64,000 nucleotides of DNA, taken from the NCBI GenBank assembly GCA_016795035.1, contig JAEUIT010000010.1, forward strand, positions 13,811 through 77,810, read 5' to 3'. Numbering within the stretch: the stretch's first letter is position 1; every line of letters begins with the position of its first letter. The stretch comes from Phycisphaerae bacterium (GTDB lineage: Bacteria; Planctomycetota; Phycisphaerae; Phycisphaerales; SM1A02). The position numbers were made by a program, and so were the translations under genes. The notes beneath the pieces are model-generated. The model was not told the DNA's origin. It did not search any database and saw only the letters and a program-made list of their open reading frames with translations. Below are positions 36,374-46,194 of the stretch, one piece after another.

Positions 36374-38464
36374 TCAGGCGGAGCGGATCTCGGCGCCGAG
36401 CGACGCCTGCAACGCGGAGATCGCCTTCGCGACGGAGGCGTCGACCTCGTCGCCGGTGAGCGTGCGGTCGGCGGCGCGGAAGACGAGCCGCGCGCTGACG
36501 CTCTTCTTGCCGGCGCCAGTCTGCTTGCCGCGATAGGTCACGACGTGCGCGACCGACTCGAGGTTCGGGAGGCGAAGCGCCTCGACGCACGCGACGATCG
36601 ACGCCCACGTGACCCGCTCGTCGACGATCGCCGAGACGTCGCGGTCGGTGGCGGGGAAGGCGGGCATCGCCGCGGCGCGGGTGTCGGGCGGATACGACGT
36701 GAAGAACGGCTCAAGCGCGAGTTCCGCGGCCGCGACCGGGCGTTCGAGGCCGAACTGCTTGAGGATCGCGGGCGCGACGAGGCCGATCGTGCCGACGCGC
36801 GTGCCGTTGATCGATACCGCACCGACCGGTTCGAGCGCGCTCGACGTTGCAGGCGCGACGTCGACCGTGGCCGCCGGGCCCAACAGAAGTCGCGCGAGCC
36901 GTTCGACCGTGCCGCGCGCGGTGCGATAGCACTCGTCGCGTTCGGCGGGGGAGTTGCCCGCACCATCGACGAGGAAGGCGACGACCGGCGTCTCGACGTG
37001 GGCGCCGCCGCCGCCGGCGGTTCCATGCGCGAAGGTCGACGCGCACTCGAAGACGTTGAGCGTTTCGACGCCGTTGTCGAGGTTGTGGCGGCGCACGCGC
37101 AGGAGACTGGGCAGGAGACTCGGCCGCAGCGCCGGCTCCGCGCCCGCGCGCTCGTCGTCGACGGCGAGCAATCCGCCGCCGGCCGGGACGAACGGCTGCG
37201 CCGCGTGTTCGCTCACGAGGGAGTGCGTCACGCACTCGACGAAGCCGAGGCCGACGAGGAGGTCCTTTGTCGCCCGCCGCGCCGCGATGTGCGGCTGCGC
37301 ACCCTGCACGCGGACCGCGATCGTGTCGCGCACCGGAATCGCCGCGAGGCCGTTCGTGCGGCAGATCTCTTCGATCAGGTCGATCTCGCGCTCGATGTCG
37401 ATGCGCCGCGCGGGCACCGTGCAGGTGATGCGGTCGGCGGCAACGTCGAGTTTCGGCGCGAAGCCGAGGGCGTCGAGGCGCCGGACCATCGTGTCGGTCG
37501 CGAGGTCGATGCCGAGGACCGCGCGGCAGCGCGCGGGGCGCACCGTGACCACGCGGGGGGCGGGGATCGCGGCGCCGGCGCGGACCGCGCCGTCGGCGAG
37601 TTCGCCGCCCGCAAGTTCGAGGATCAGCGCGACGAGGCGATCGGCCGCGGCGTCGACTTCGGCCGGGTGCACGCCGCGCTCGAAGCGGTACGACGAATCG
37701 CTCGAGATGCGAAGCGCCCGCGACGACGCGCGGACCGCGACCGGGTCGAAGCTCGCGGCCTCGATCAGGATGTCGCGGGTCGAGTCGCGCACGGCGGTGA
37801 GCGCGCCCCCCTTGATGCCGGCGATCGCGACCGCGCGGTCGCGGTCGGCGATCACGAGATCGTTCGCGCGGAGTTCGACCTCCGCGGCGCCCTCGCCGAT
37901 CGGAAGGAACTTCTCCTTCGCGTTCGCCATGCGGATCCGGATCTCGCCGCCGGCGAGCGTCGCGAGGTCGAAGACGTGCGTCGGCTGGCCGAGCTCGAAG
38001 AGGATGAAGTTCGTCGCGTCGACGAGGTTATTCCGTGGCACCAGGCCGATCGCGATCAGTCGTCGTTGCAGCCAGTCCGGGCTCGGCTTCACCGTCACGC
38101 CGCGGATGACCCGCGCGGTGTAGAGCGGGCAGACGTCGGGGCGCTCGTTCGTGACCTTCACGAGGCTCGCCGCGGTGGGCCGGCCGGCGGCCCCCCCGGT
38201 GGTTCCCCCGGTGGTTGCGGGGAGCGTCGCGTTCGGGGCCTTGAGCTTCCGTCCCGAGACCGCGCAGATCTCCCGCGCGAAGCCGAGGTGGGCGAGGCAG
38301 TCGCCGCGGTTACTCGTGATCTCGATCTCTTGCCACGGCTCGCCGTTCTCCGCCGTGTCCTTGCCGTCGAGGGGGAATCCGGCTCCCGTGAGGAGTTCCG
38401 CCTGTTCGTCGGCGGTGGCGGGGGGGTCGAGGTAGTCGTTGAGCCAGGTGACGCTCGTACGCAT
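36374..38464 (-). CDS. pheT: phenylalanine--tRNA ligase beta subunit (short form lacking the N-terminal OB-fold tRNA-binding domain)
   Basis: ATG 38464 (MRTSVTWLNDYLDPP...). B3_4 (ITSNRGDCLAHLGFAREI), B5, and the C-terminal FDX-ACB domain (FPATDRDVSAIV...YRGK..G.GKKS...L.F). The segment aligning to E. coli PheT residues about 45-150 is absent. Confidence 0.9.
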   Translation of the reverse strand: MRTSVTWLNDYLDPPATADEQAELLTGAGFPLDGKDTAENGEPWQEIEITSNRGDCLAHLGFAREICAVSGRKLKAPNATLPATTGGTTGGAAGRPTAASLVKVTNERPDVCPLYTARVIRGVTVKPSPDWLQRRLIAIGLVPRNNLVDATNFILFELGQPTHVFDLATLAGGEIRIRMANAKEKFLPIGEGAAEVELRANDLVIADRDRAVAIAGIKGGALTAVRDSTRDILIEAASFDPVAVRASSRALRISSDSSYRFERGVHPAEVDAAADRLVALILELAGGELADGAVRAGAAIPAPRVVTVRPARCRAVLGIDLATDTMVRRLDALGFAPKLDVAADRITCTVPARRIDIEREIDLIEEICRTNGLAAIPVRDTIAVRVQGAQPHIAARRATKDLLVGLGFVECVTHSLVSEHAAQPFVPAGGGLLAVDDERAGAEPALRPSLLPSLLRVRRHNLDNGVETLNVFECASTFAHGTAGGGGAHVETPVVAFLVDGAGNSPAERDECYRTARGTVERLARLLLGPAATVDVAPATSSALEPVGAVSINGTRVGTIGLVAPAILKQFGLERPVAAAELALEPFFTSYPPDTRAAAMPAFPATDRDVSAIVDERVTWASIVACVEALRLPNLESVAHVVTYRGKQTGAGKKSVSARLVFRAADRTLTGDEVDASVAKAISALQASLGAEIRSA

Positions 38465-38572
38465 AGGGCGGAGAGGGAGTGGAGGTCGGAAGGGAAAACG
38501 GCGAAGGCTACCACTTCGCCGCAGGAGGCGGCGAGACCGCGCAACGCGTCGATTTGCGTTAGCCTGCCGCGC

Positions 38573-39442
38573 ATGGGCGACCCCATGGACGGACGAACCC
38601 GCATGACCTCGGCGACCATGGCCCGTCGCGCGCTTGGCGCCTTCGCCGTCGCGGCAGCGTGCGCCGTCCCGCTCGTCGCCGACGAGACCCCGGCCGCGCC
38701 GCCCGAGTCCGCGCCGACCGCGGCCGCCGCGCCCGCGCAGCCGCCGGCGGAGACGCCCGCGCCCGCGCCGCCCATCGTCGACGCCGCGCCACTTCCGGAC
38801 GACCTCCTCATCGACGTCACCGTGTTGCCCGGCCGCAACGTGCGCGAAGACCAGCTCGTGCACATCCGCCGCGCCCGGTACATCGTCTTCCCCGACGGCT
38901 CGATGCACGCCGCGGTCGGCCGCGAGGATCCGGTCGCGCTACGCATGGGCATCGGTCCGTGGTCGCGGCGCACGCTCGGGGTCCTGACGCGGCCGGCGCT
39001 CTCGCGCGTCCTGACCCGCGAGGCGATGGCCGACCTTTGGCTCCTCACGCAGCAGTGCGGATTCGCGAATCCAGACGACGCGACCTTCTCGGCGAATCCC
39101 GCGCTTCTCGCGCCGAAACCCTCGGAAACGCTGACGATCGTCACGATCGGCGTCGGCGGTCGCCAAGGGACATTCCTCGACCGAACGCCGTTTGACCCGA
39201 AGGCCCCCGAGCCCGCCGACCCGTCGCCCGCCGGGCGACTCGTGCGCGGCCTTGCCCGCGCCGCGTGGGCGACCGACGAACCCTCGGGCGACGCGCTCGT
39301 CGCGCCGGTCCGCTACGACCTCGGGCCGAATCCGTACGACCGGTTCCTGCCGGTGCGGGCGCTGCGCATCTCGACGTCGATCACGCCGGAGCCGGCTGCA
39401 ACGCCGAGCGCACCGGCGCAAGTTCCGCCCAGGAGGCCATGA
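38573..39442 (+). CDS. secreted hypothetical protein with Pro/Ala-rich linker
   Basis: Signal peptide (MARRALGAFAVAAACAVPLVA), PA-rich linker, then a globular part. Start is 38573 or 38603. Confidence 0.65.
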   Translation: MGDPMDGRTRMTSATMARRALGAFAVAAACAVPLVADETPAAPPESAPTAAAAPAQPPAETPAPAPPIVDAAPLPDDLLIDVTVLPGRNVREDQLVHIRRARYIVFPDGSMHAAVGREDPVALRMGIGPWSRRTLGVLTRPALSRVLTREAMADLWLLTQQCGFANPDDATFSANPALLAPKPSETLTIVTIGVGGRQGTFLDRTPFDPKAPEPADPSPAGRLVRGLARAAWATDEPSGDALVAPVRYDLGPNPYDRFLPVRALRISTSITPEPAATPSAPAQVPPRRP

Positions 39443-39984
39443 CCGTGGCGCGTCCTCTCTCGTCCGTGGTTCTCGTCGTTGCCGCGCTTCCCTCGCTCGT
39501 CACCGTGCTCGCGCTCTCCGGGTGCACTGCACCGATGTCCGTCCAGGCGGGCGACGCGTCGAGTCCGACGGGCGGCGTCGCGATCGTCTTCCAGGAACGC
39601 GACGTCGACGAGCTGCGCTTCCGCCGCTACGAGCTCGACGCCGACGGCACGCTTCGCATCGGCGGCGGCCGAAGCGCGCAGCGCATGACGACCGACTGGA
39701 CCGGCACGGCCTCGGCCGAACAGATCGCGTCGATCTTGAGTGCGGCACGCACGGCGAATCTCGAGTCGGGCGAGATCGCCTGCCAGACCGACCCGAACGA
39801 CCAAGGCGAACCGGTGCGCACGACGATCGAGTACGCCTGGCCGGACGGACGGCGGCGCCTCGACCTCGTCGGCAACTGCCCGTCGATCCTTCCGCTCCGC
39901 GACGTCTTCGAATCGATCGGGCGGGCGCGTTTCCAACGGCATCTCGACCAACTGCCCGAAGCCGGCCCTCAGCCGCGACGCTGA
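39439..39984 (+). CDS. hypothetical lipoprotein
   Basis: AGGAGG precedes ATG 39439, which overlaps the upstream stop (ATGA). Lipobox LALSGC after a hydrophobic h-region. Confidence 0.7.
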   Translation: MTVARPLSSVVLVVAALPSLVTVLALSGCTAPMSVQAGDASSPTGGVAIVFQERDVDELRFRRYELDADGTLRIGGGRSAQRMTTDWTGTASAEQIASILSAARTANLESGEIACQTDPNDQGEPVRTTIEYAWPDGRRRLDLVGNCPSILPLRDVFESIGRARFQRHLDQLPEAGPQPRR

Positions 39985-40418
39985 ACCCGCGCGACGACGA
40001 TCCGGCTCTCGCGCTCGACGTCGGGGAAGAGCGACGCCAACTCCTCGACGGTGACCGCGTGTTCGCGGGCGCAGACTTCGACGACGAATCCGGACGGGTC
40101 GTGCCGCGCCTTCGCCACCGCGCGCAACACCGTCGCGCGACGGTTCGCCGGGAGGTCGGCGAGCCAGCGGCGAAGGACGCGTGAAGGGGTCGGCGGCACG
40201 GGTGACTCGGGAGAAAGGTCTCGGATCGGCTTCGCGTTGCCAAGCGCTGGGATGGCCGCGGGGATGGCCGCGGGCGACCGCGCTCGTCTCGCGTCACCTT
40301 CCAAGGAGAGAGCCCGCGCCGAGGCATAGCACGGGCTCTCTTCCTCAGGAGAGTGACTCGGGAACCGATCGGTGATGGAAGGTGGGAGCGAGGGAAGCGC
40401 TTCGACTGTCCGCGCCAT
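39969..40418 (-). CDS. hypothetical protein (weak call)
   Basis: Only the C-terminal about 70 aa look protein-like (VLRRWLADLPANRRATVLRAVAKARHDPSGFVVEVCAREHAVTVEELASLF). Start is uncertain. Confidence 0.3.
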   Translation of the reverse strand: MARTVEALPSLPPSITDRFPSHSPEEESPCYASARALSLEGDARRARSPAAIPAAIPALGNAKPIRDLSPESPVPPTPSRVLRRWLADLPANRRATVLRAVAKARHDPSGFVVEVCAREHAVTVEELASLFPDVERESRIVVARVQRRG

Positions 40419-40828
40419 CCGTGGCGCGAACGCGTCCTTGCGTTCGATGGCTTCGCATCGCGTCCGAGCACGCCGTGCGTGGCATCCATGCCGTCGACGG
40501 CGAAAGAGAAAGCACGACCGCCGCCGCGCGTTTCGCGCCGTCGGTTGAATTTCCGTTCGGCGCGCTTCAGAGGGGCTGGCGCCGGGCTGCGCGAGGACTG
40601 CGTCAAAATCCTTCAAAACCTTGGCTTCGGCGCAAAAGACTCACGGGCGTGTGCGCATTCTCTTCGTCGAACGCGCGGTTTCCCACCCCGTCACGACCGA
40701 GTCGCGTCGTGTCGGGAAGGACCCGCGAGCACACACCACAATCGATTGCTTGGAGAGGAGTTCATCCGCGTCGACGCTCTCGTCGGCGCTCGCCATTCCG
40801 TCATTCCCCGCCGAGCATCGAGCCCACC

Positions 40829-41131
40829 ATGAAGCACGACCAACCCGCCCAACCACACACGCCGCCCCCGCACGCTGTCCGTTCCACCCGCGCCTCCCTC
40901 AACGATCGGCTCTTTCCGCCGGCGTATGTCGTCGAGGCAAAGGGATCAAAGCTGCGGGTTCGCGGAGAGATCTTGCTCCATGTCGCGCTCGCCGACGTAC
41001 TCTCTTCTCGAGAGGCCGAGTCCGACGACGAGCTCGATCGCGACGATGGCCTCGATGCGGAGGACTCGCCGTGGGCGCAACTCATGCTCGAAGCCTGTCG
41101 GGACGAAACCTTGGAACTCGTCGCGCGCTGA
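40829..41131 (+). CDS. small acidic hypothetical protein
   Basis: ATG 40829, 100 aa (…YVVEAKGSKLRVRGEILLHVALADVLSSREAESDDELDRDDGLDAEDSPWAQLMLEACRDETLELVAR). Immediately upstream of the pilin-like gene. Confidence 0.5.
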   Translation: MKHDQPAQPHTPPPHAVRSTRASLNDRLFPPAYVVEAKGSKLRVRGEILLHVALADVLSSREAESDDELDRDDGLDAEDSPWAQLMLEACRDETLELVAR

Positions 41132-41169
41132 CGCGGCCGACCGCACGTCGCCGTCGCGGGACGAGCCTC

Positions 41170-41931
41170 GTGGGCATCCTCGTCTCGATGGCGATCATCG
41201 TCGTCCTCTTCGCCGTCCTGATGTCGGCGATCAACACGGCGGTCACCGGCAACGGCAACACCCGAGCCGGCACGGTCCGCGGCGTCGAAGACCAGATGAA
41301 GCTCTCCTCGCTCGCGATGGGCTTCATGACGTCGGGTCGCGACCTGCAGCTCGCCTGGCTCGAGCCGGCGAAGGTGAAGGAGGGCCCGGGCTTCTCCGCG
41401 AACACCACCGCGATCCTCTTCAGCGCGCTCGTCATGGGACAGAATGCGGCGCTCGAGAACCTGATCTCGTCGAACGAGCGCAATCCGGTCGTCGGCGAGA
41501 TGGCGAACTACAACTACGGCGCGTACGACATGACCGTCGGACGCTTCTACGACCCGGCGTTCAAGGCCGACCTCGAGCGTGGCTCGAACGTCTCGTTCGC
41601 GCACATCCCGCTCTACGGCGAGCGCAAGCGCTATTGGACGGAAGGGCGCATGGACACGTTCTTCCCGCTCCTCGGCTCGCGCGGTCCGATCGACGGCGAC
41701 ACCACGAAGCCAAGCCAGACCTACGGCCGCGACGGCACGTGGAGCGGCTTCCGCCTCTTCGGCGACGGGCATGTCGAGTCGACGACCTCGATGCTCGTCA
41801 TGGGACGTGGCCTCGACAACGGCGAGCCCGACAACATCTTCAAGATGGAATCAGGCGCCGACGGCAACGACTGCGTCCTGAGCTTCACGAAGGTGATGCT
41901 GATGGACGGGCCGGAGCTGCAGTTTGATTGA
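41170..41931 (+). CDS. pilin-like / DUF1559-like membrane-anchored protein (degenerate prepilin-type N-terminus)
   Basis: N-terminus (G)TSLVGILVSMAIIVVLFAVLMSAI resembles a type IV pilin-like hydrophobic helix. C-terminal ...RLFGDGHVEST resembles the (F)ADGHV end of pseudopilin/DUF1559 proteins. No in-frame ATG, so GTG 41170 chosen (CTG 41128 possible). Confidence 0.55.
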   Translation: MGILVSMAIIVVLFAVLMSAINTAVTGNGNTRAGTVRGVEDQMKLSSLAMGFMTSGRDLQLAWLEPAKVKEGPGFSANTTAILFSALVMGQNAALENLISSNERNPVVGEMANYNYGAYDMTVGRFYDPAFKADLERGSNVSFAHIPLYGERKRYWTEGRMDTFFPLLGSRGPIDGDTTKPSQTYGRDGTWSGFRLFGDGHVESTTSMLVMGRGLDNGEPDNIFKMESGADGNDCVLSFTKVMLMDGPELQFD

Positions 41932-41944
41932 GAGGAAGAAGGGG

Positions 41945-42094
<150 letters not shown>

Positions 42095-42181
42095 CCTTAG
42101 CGCCACCCTCACGCCTGCCACGCGTATTCCTCATCGGACCACGCGATCGTTCTCCGCGTTTCAGCCACCGGAGAACTTCGC

Positions 42182-45166
42182 ATGCGTCACCGCGTTTCCC
42201 TCGCCGTCCTTCTCGGGTCCCTGTCGCTCACGTCGACCACGTTGCACGCGGAGACTTGCCCGCCGGCGGCGAACGGCTGCGACCAGACGATCGAGCTCTC
42301 CTTCCTCGGGCGCTATGCGAGCGGCCTCTACGACGCCGGCGGCGCCGAGATCGCCGCGTACGACGCAGCCTCGAAGCGGCTCTTCGTCATCAATAACGGC
42401 GTGAAGCGCGTCGACATCCTCGACGCCGCGAATCCCGCGGCGCCGACCCTCATCACCTCGCTCGACACCTCGGGCTTCGGCGGCGGCGGCCCGAACAGCG
42501 TTGCGGTCAAGAACGGCATCGTGGCGGTGGCGGTGGAGTCGTCGCCCAAGACGAATCCCGGCACCGTCGTCTTCTACGACGTCTTCGGGTCGGTGCTCGC
42601 GAGCGTGCCGGTCGGCGCGCTTCCCGACATGCTGACCTTCACCCCCGACGGCACCAAGGTCCTCGTCGCGAATGAAGGCGAACCGGCGAGCGACTACGCG
42701 GTCGATCCCGCGGGCTCCGTGAGCGTCATCGATCTCTCGAAGGGCGTCCGCCGACTGAGCGCGGCGAACGTGACCACGATCGACCTCGCGGCCGCCGCGT
42801 CGATCGACGCCGAGGTCAGCGTGAAGGCGCCGAACGCCACGCTGACCACCGACCTCGAGCCCGAGTACATCACGATCTCGGAGGATGGCCTCACCGCGTG
42901 GGTCACGCTGCAGGAGGCGAACGCGGTCGCGATCCTCGACATCCCGACCGCGACCTGCACCGCGATCCGCTGGCTCGGCCGCGCCGACCATGGCCGCGGC
43001 ACGCCGGTCCTGACGACGGCGACGCTCCAGAATCCCCCCTCGATCGGGACGACCGCGGCGGGGCAGTCGATCGCGCTCGGCGGCTTCAGCGGCCTCTTCT
43101 TCGATTCGATCGACGCCTCGACCGGCAAGGTCCGCTTCATCACGCACACCGACCGCGGCCCCAACGGCGAACCGGTGAACGTCGACGGCGATCCGGCGCT
43201 CGAGCGCATGTTCGCGTTGCCCGACTTCCAGCCGCGGCTGGCGGTTCTCGACTTCGATCCGGCGACGCAGTCGTTGTCGCTCGTCGACCAGATCCTTCTC
43301 AAGAATGCCGACGGCTCGCCGCTCTCGGGCCGGCCGAACATCCTCGGCCAGTCCGCGGGCCTTGCCTACACCGACGAGGAGCCGGTCGACGTCTTCGGCC
43401 AGCCGATCCCGCTCGATCCGACCGGCCTCGACCTCGAAGGCATCGTGCGCACGCCGGACGGCTCGTGGTGGATGGGCGACGAGTATCGCCCGTCGATCGT
43501 GCGCTTCGCCGCCGACGGCACCATGCTCGCGCGCTACGTCCCCGAAGGCTCGAACGCCTTCGGCGCGACGACCGGCATCGAGGCGCTGCCCGCCGTCTAC
43601 GCCCAGCGCCGCGCGAACCGCGGCTTCGAGGCGATCGCCCAGTACGACGGCATGATCTACGTCTGGATCCAGAGCCCGATCGACAACCCTGACGTCGCGA
43701 ACGACGCGAGCTCGAAGGCGTCGAAGAGCGTGCGCATCCTCCAGTTCGATCCGGCGACGGAAACGGTCGTCGCCGAATACCTCTACCGACAGGAAGGCTC
43801 GGGAAGCGACAAGATCGGCGACGCGGTCGCGATCGCGCCGGGCAAGTTCCTCGTCGTCGAGCGCGACGACGGCACCGGCCCGAACGCGAAGAAGAAGATC
43901 TTCGAGATCGACCTCGACCTTGCGACCGACATCTCCACGTTGCCGCCGTCGATCGCCGGTCCTGGCGGAACGCTGGAACTGATGACGCCGGCGCAGCTCG
44001 AGGCGAACGGCATCGCGCCGGTCTCGAAGACGCTCGTCGTCGACCTCGCCGCGATCGGCTACACCGCGGTCGCCGACAAGGTCGAAGGCCTCGCGATGAT
44101 CGATCGCAGCCGTCTCGCGGTCATCGGCGACAACGACTTCCAGATGCAGGGCACGTTCAACCCGGCGACCGGCCTCCTCACGCCGAATCCCAATCCGCTC
44201 GCGTCGGTCCTCGGCGTGATCACGTTCGCGGGCCATGAGCTCGATCCGAGCGACCAGGACGGCGGCATCAAGATCGCGTCGTGGCCGGTCTTCGGCAACT
44301 ATCGTCCCGACGCCATCGCGAGTCTCCGCGTTGCAGGCACCGACTATCTCGTCACCGCGAACGAAGGCGACTCGCGCGAGTACTCGGCGTACAACGAGCT
44401 GACGACCGTCGCGAACGCGCCGCTTGACCCGAACGCCTTCCCGAACCGCACGTGGCTCAAGGCGAACGCGCGGCTCGGACGTCTCCAGATCATCAAGGAC
44501 CGCGGCGACCTCGACGGCGACGGCGACCTCGACGAGATCAACGCCTTCGGCTCGCGCTCGATGTCGGTGCGAGGCGCCGACGGATCGCTCCTCTGGGACA
44601 GCGGCCCGCTGATGGAGAAGGTCACGGCGGCGGTCTATCCGGCGAACTTCAACGCGAGCAACACGTCGAACACCTTCGACGGCCGGAGCCGCAGCAAGGG
44701 ACCGGAGCCGGAAGGCGTCGCGGTCGGCGACGTCGGCGGCGTCCCGTACGCGTTCGTCGCCCTCGAACGGATCGGCGGCGTGATGACGTTCAACCTCGAG
44801 TCGCCGGCGGCGCCGGTCTACGAGCAGTACCTCAACACCCGCAACTTCGCGGCGGCGCCCTCGAGCGGCAACGCGGGCGACCTCGGGCCCGAAGGCGTTC
44901 TCTTCGTTGCAGCCGACGAGTCCCCGATCGACGCCGCGATGCTCGTCGTCGCGAACGAGATCTCGGGCACGGTGAGCTTCTTCGCGGTCGAACCGCTCTG
45001 CGGCTCGGCGCCTGGCGACCTCGTGCCCGACTGCGTCATCGACGGCGCCGACCTCGGCGAGCTGCTCGGCGCCTGGGGCGCCTGCAACGGCTGTTCTGCG
45101 GACCTGAACGCCGACGGCACGGTTGACGGTGCGGACCTCGCGATCCTCCTTGGAGCGTGGAGCTGA
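42182..45166 (+). CDS. large secreted choice-of-anchor-I / phytase-like (esterase-like) protein with C-terminal dockerin-like module
   Basis: Signal peptide MRHRVSLAVLLGSLSLTSTTLHA. GAEIAAYDAASKRLFVINN... (choice-of-anchor I). GGFSGLFFDS...THTDRGPNGEP and WMGDEYRPSIVRF (phytase-like). A second choice-of-anchor-I half. Tail DGADLGELLGAWG...DLNADGTVDGADLAILLGAWS. Confidence 0.85.
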   Translation: MRHRVSLAVLLGSLSLTSTTLHAETCPPAANGCDQTIELSFLGRYASGLYDAGGAEIAAYDAASKRLFVINNGVKRVDILDAANPAAPTLITSLDTSGFGGGGPNSVAVKNGIVAVAVESSPKTNPGTVVFYDVFGSVLASVPVGALPDMLTFTPDGTKVLVANEGEPASDYAVDPAGSVSVIDLSKGVRRLSAANVTTIDLAAAASIDAEVSVKAPNATLTTDLEPEYITISEDGLTAWVTLQEANAVAILDIPTATCTAIRWLGRADHGRGTPVLTTATLQNPPSIGTTAAGQSIALGGFSGLFFDSIDASTGKVRFITHTDRGPNGEPVNVDGDPALERMFALPDFQPRLAVLDFDPATQSLSLVDQILLKNADGSPLSGRPNILGQSAGLAYTDEEPVDVFGQPIPLDPTGLDLEGIVRTPDGSWWMGDEYRPSIVRFAADGTMLARYVPEGSNAFGATTGIEALPAVYAQRRANRGFEAIAQYDGMIYVWIQSPIDNPDVANDASSKASKSVRILQFDPATETVVAEYLYRQEGSGSDKIGDAVAIAPGKFLVVERDDGTGPNAKKKIFEIDLDLATDISTLPPSIAGPGGTLELMTPAQLEANGIAPVSKTLVVDLAAIGYTAVADKVEGLAMIDRSRLAVIGDNDFQMQGTFNPATGLLTPNPNPLASVLGVITFAGHELDPSDQDGGIKIASWPVFGNYRPDAIASLRVAGTDYLVTANEGDSREYSAYNELTTVANAPLDPNAFPNRTWLKANARLGRLQIIKDRGDLDGDGDLDEINAFGSRSMSVRGADGSLLWDSGPLMEKVTAAVYPANFNASNTSNTFDGRSRSKGPEPEGVAVGDVGGVPYAFVALERIGGVMTFNLESPAAPVYEQYLNTRNFAAAPSSGNAGDLGPEGVLFVAADESPIDAAMLVVANEISGTVSFFAVEPLCGSAPGDLVPDCVIDGADLGELLGAWGACNGCSADLNADGTVDGADLAILLGAWS

Positions 45167-45200
45167 GCGCCTTCCGGCCGCTCGGTCGCGCCGTCGCCGC

Positions 45201-45878
45201 TCACCGCGTGAGGGACGACGGCCTCCATCGCTCGCCGCGCGAGGTGTAGAGCGTCGGCTCGTTCCGCAGGAGCTCGATCGCTTCGGCGCGGTCGACACTG
45301 CGGATCGAGAGATCTCCGTTCACGACGGTTACGCGGCGCGACCCGAGATCGGGGTTCTCGCAGATGAAGAGCGCGTTCGGGTCGAGCGTCGACGGATCGA
45401 GCGTCACGAAGAGGTAGGACGGCGTGAGGCTGTCTGGGTCGGAGTACGGGGAGAGCCACGTCTCGCGCGCGGTGTAGTTCGCCGACACGATGAGGGTCTC
45501 GATGTCGGTGCCGTCGGGCGGCATGCCGTTCCACTGACGCTGGTAGACAGCCATGGCCTTGGCGATCACGTCGAGCTGGCGCCCGCTCTTCACGAGCCGC
45601 GCCGTTTCGCGCGCCTTCGCGAGCGCCGGCAGGAGAACGCCGAGCGCGAGAAGCGAGACGACGAGCGACACCGCGCCGAGCGCGGCGCCTCCGGCCCCGA
45701 GTCCGCGCCACGCGCCGTGTCCGCGCACGAACGCGAGGATCCCGAGGACGACCGCGACGAGCCCGACGAGCGGGATGCAGAGGCCGAGGATCGCGATCGC
45801 GAGCGCCGCGATGGCGAGCGCGCGCCCGGCGTGCGGCGCGACGGGCGTCATGAGGGGCGGGACCGTTGCTTGCGTCAT
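45201..45878 (-). CDS. membrane protein (DUF4190-like TM pair + LLPALAKARE motif domain)
   Basis: ATG 45878. Two or three TM helices, then LLPALAKARETARLVKSGRQLDVIAKAMAVY. Last gene of the sigma/anti-sigma operon. Confidence 0.65.
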   Translation of the reverse strand: MTQATVPPLMTPVAPHAGRALAIAALAIAILGLCIPLVGLVAVVLGILAFVRGHGAWRGLGAGGAALGAVSLVVSLLALGVLLPALAKARETARLVKSGRQLDVIAKAMAVYQRQWNGMPPDGTDIETLIVSANYTARETWLSPYSDPDSLTPSYLFVTLDPSTLDPNALFICENPDLGSRRVTVVNGDLSIRSVDRAEAIELLRNEPTLYTSRGERWRPSSLTR

Positions 45879-45921
45879 GGGAAGGTCTCCTCGACCACCA
45901 TGCCGCGGAGGCGACCGTTCG

Positions 45922-46194
45922 TCACGAATGGCGGCGCACGCTGTCGACGATCGCCTGCACGAGGTCCTCGGGCAGCGCGCCGGCTCGCGATTCGTCGCAC
46001 AACGACGCACGGGCCACGGCGATGGTGTCGCTGTAGGTGCGCAGATAATCGCGGCAATGCCGGCATTCCGCAAGATGCGACTCGAATGCAACGCGGAGTT
46101 CGGGCGGTTGGCGATCGGCAACGTAGTCATCGAGGAACTCGATGAGGTCGCGGCACGTCAACTCGCGCGACGGTTCTGGCAGTGGCTTCGTCAT
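45922..46194 (-). CDS. zf-HC2 (ZAS) anti-sigma factor, soluble, 90 aa
   Basis: ATG 46194 overlaps the sigma gene stop by 4 nt. Motif HLAECRHC (H-x3-C-x2-C). No TM segment. Confidence 0.8.
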   Translation of the reverse strand: MTKPLPEPSRELTCRDLIEFLDDYVADRQPPELRVAFESHLAECRHCRDYLRTYSDTIAVARASLCDESRAGALPEDLVQAIVDSVRRHS

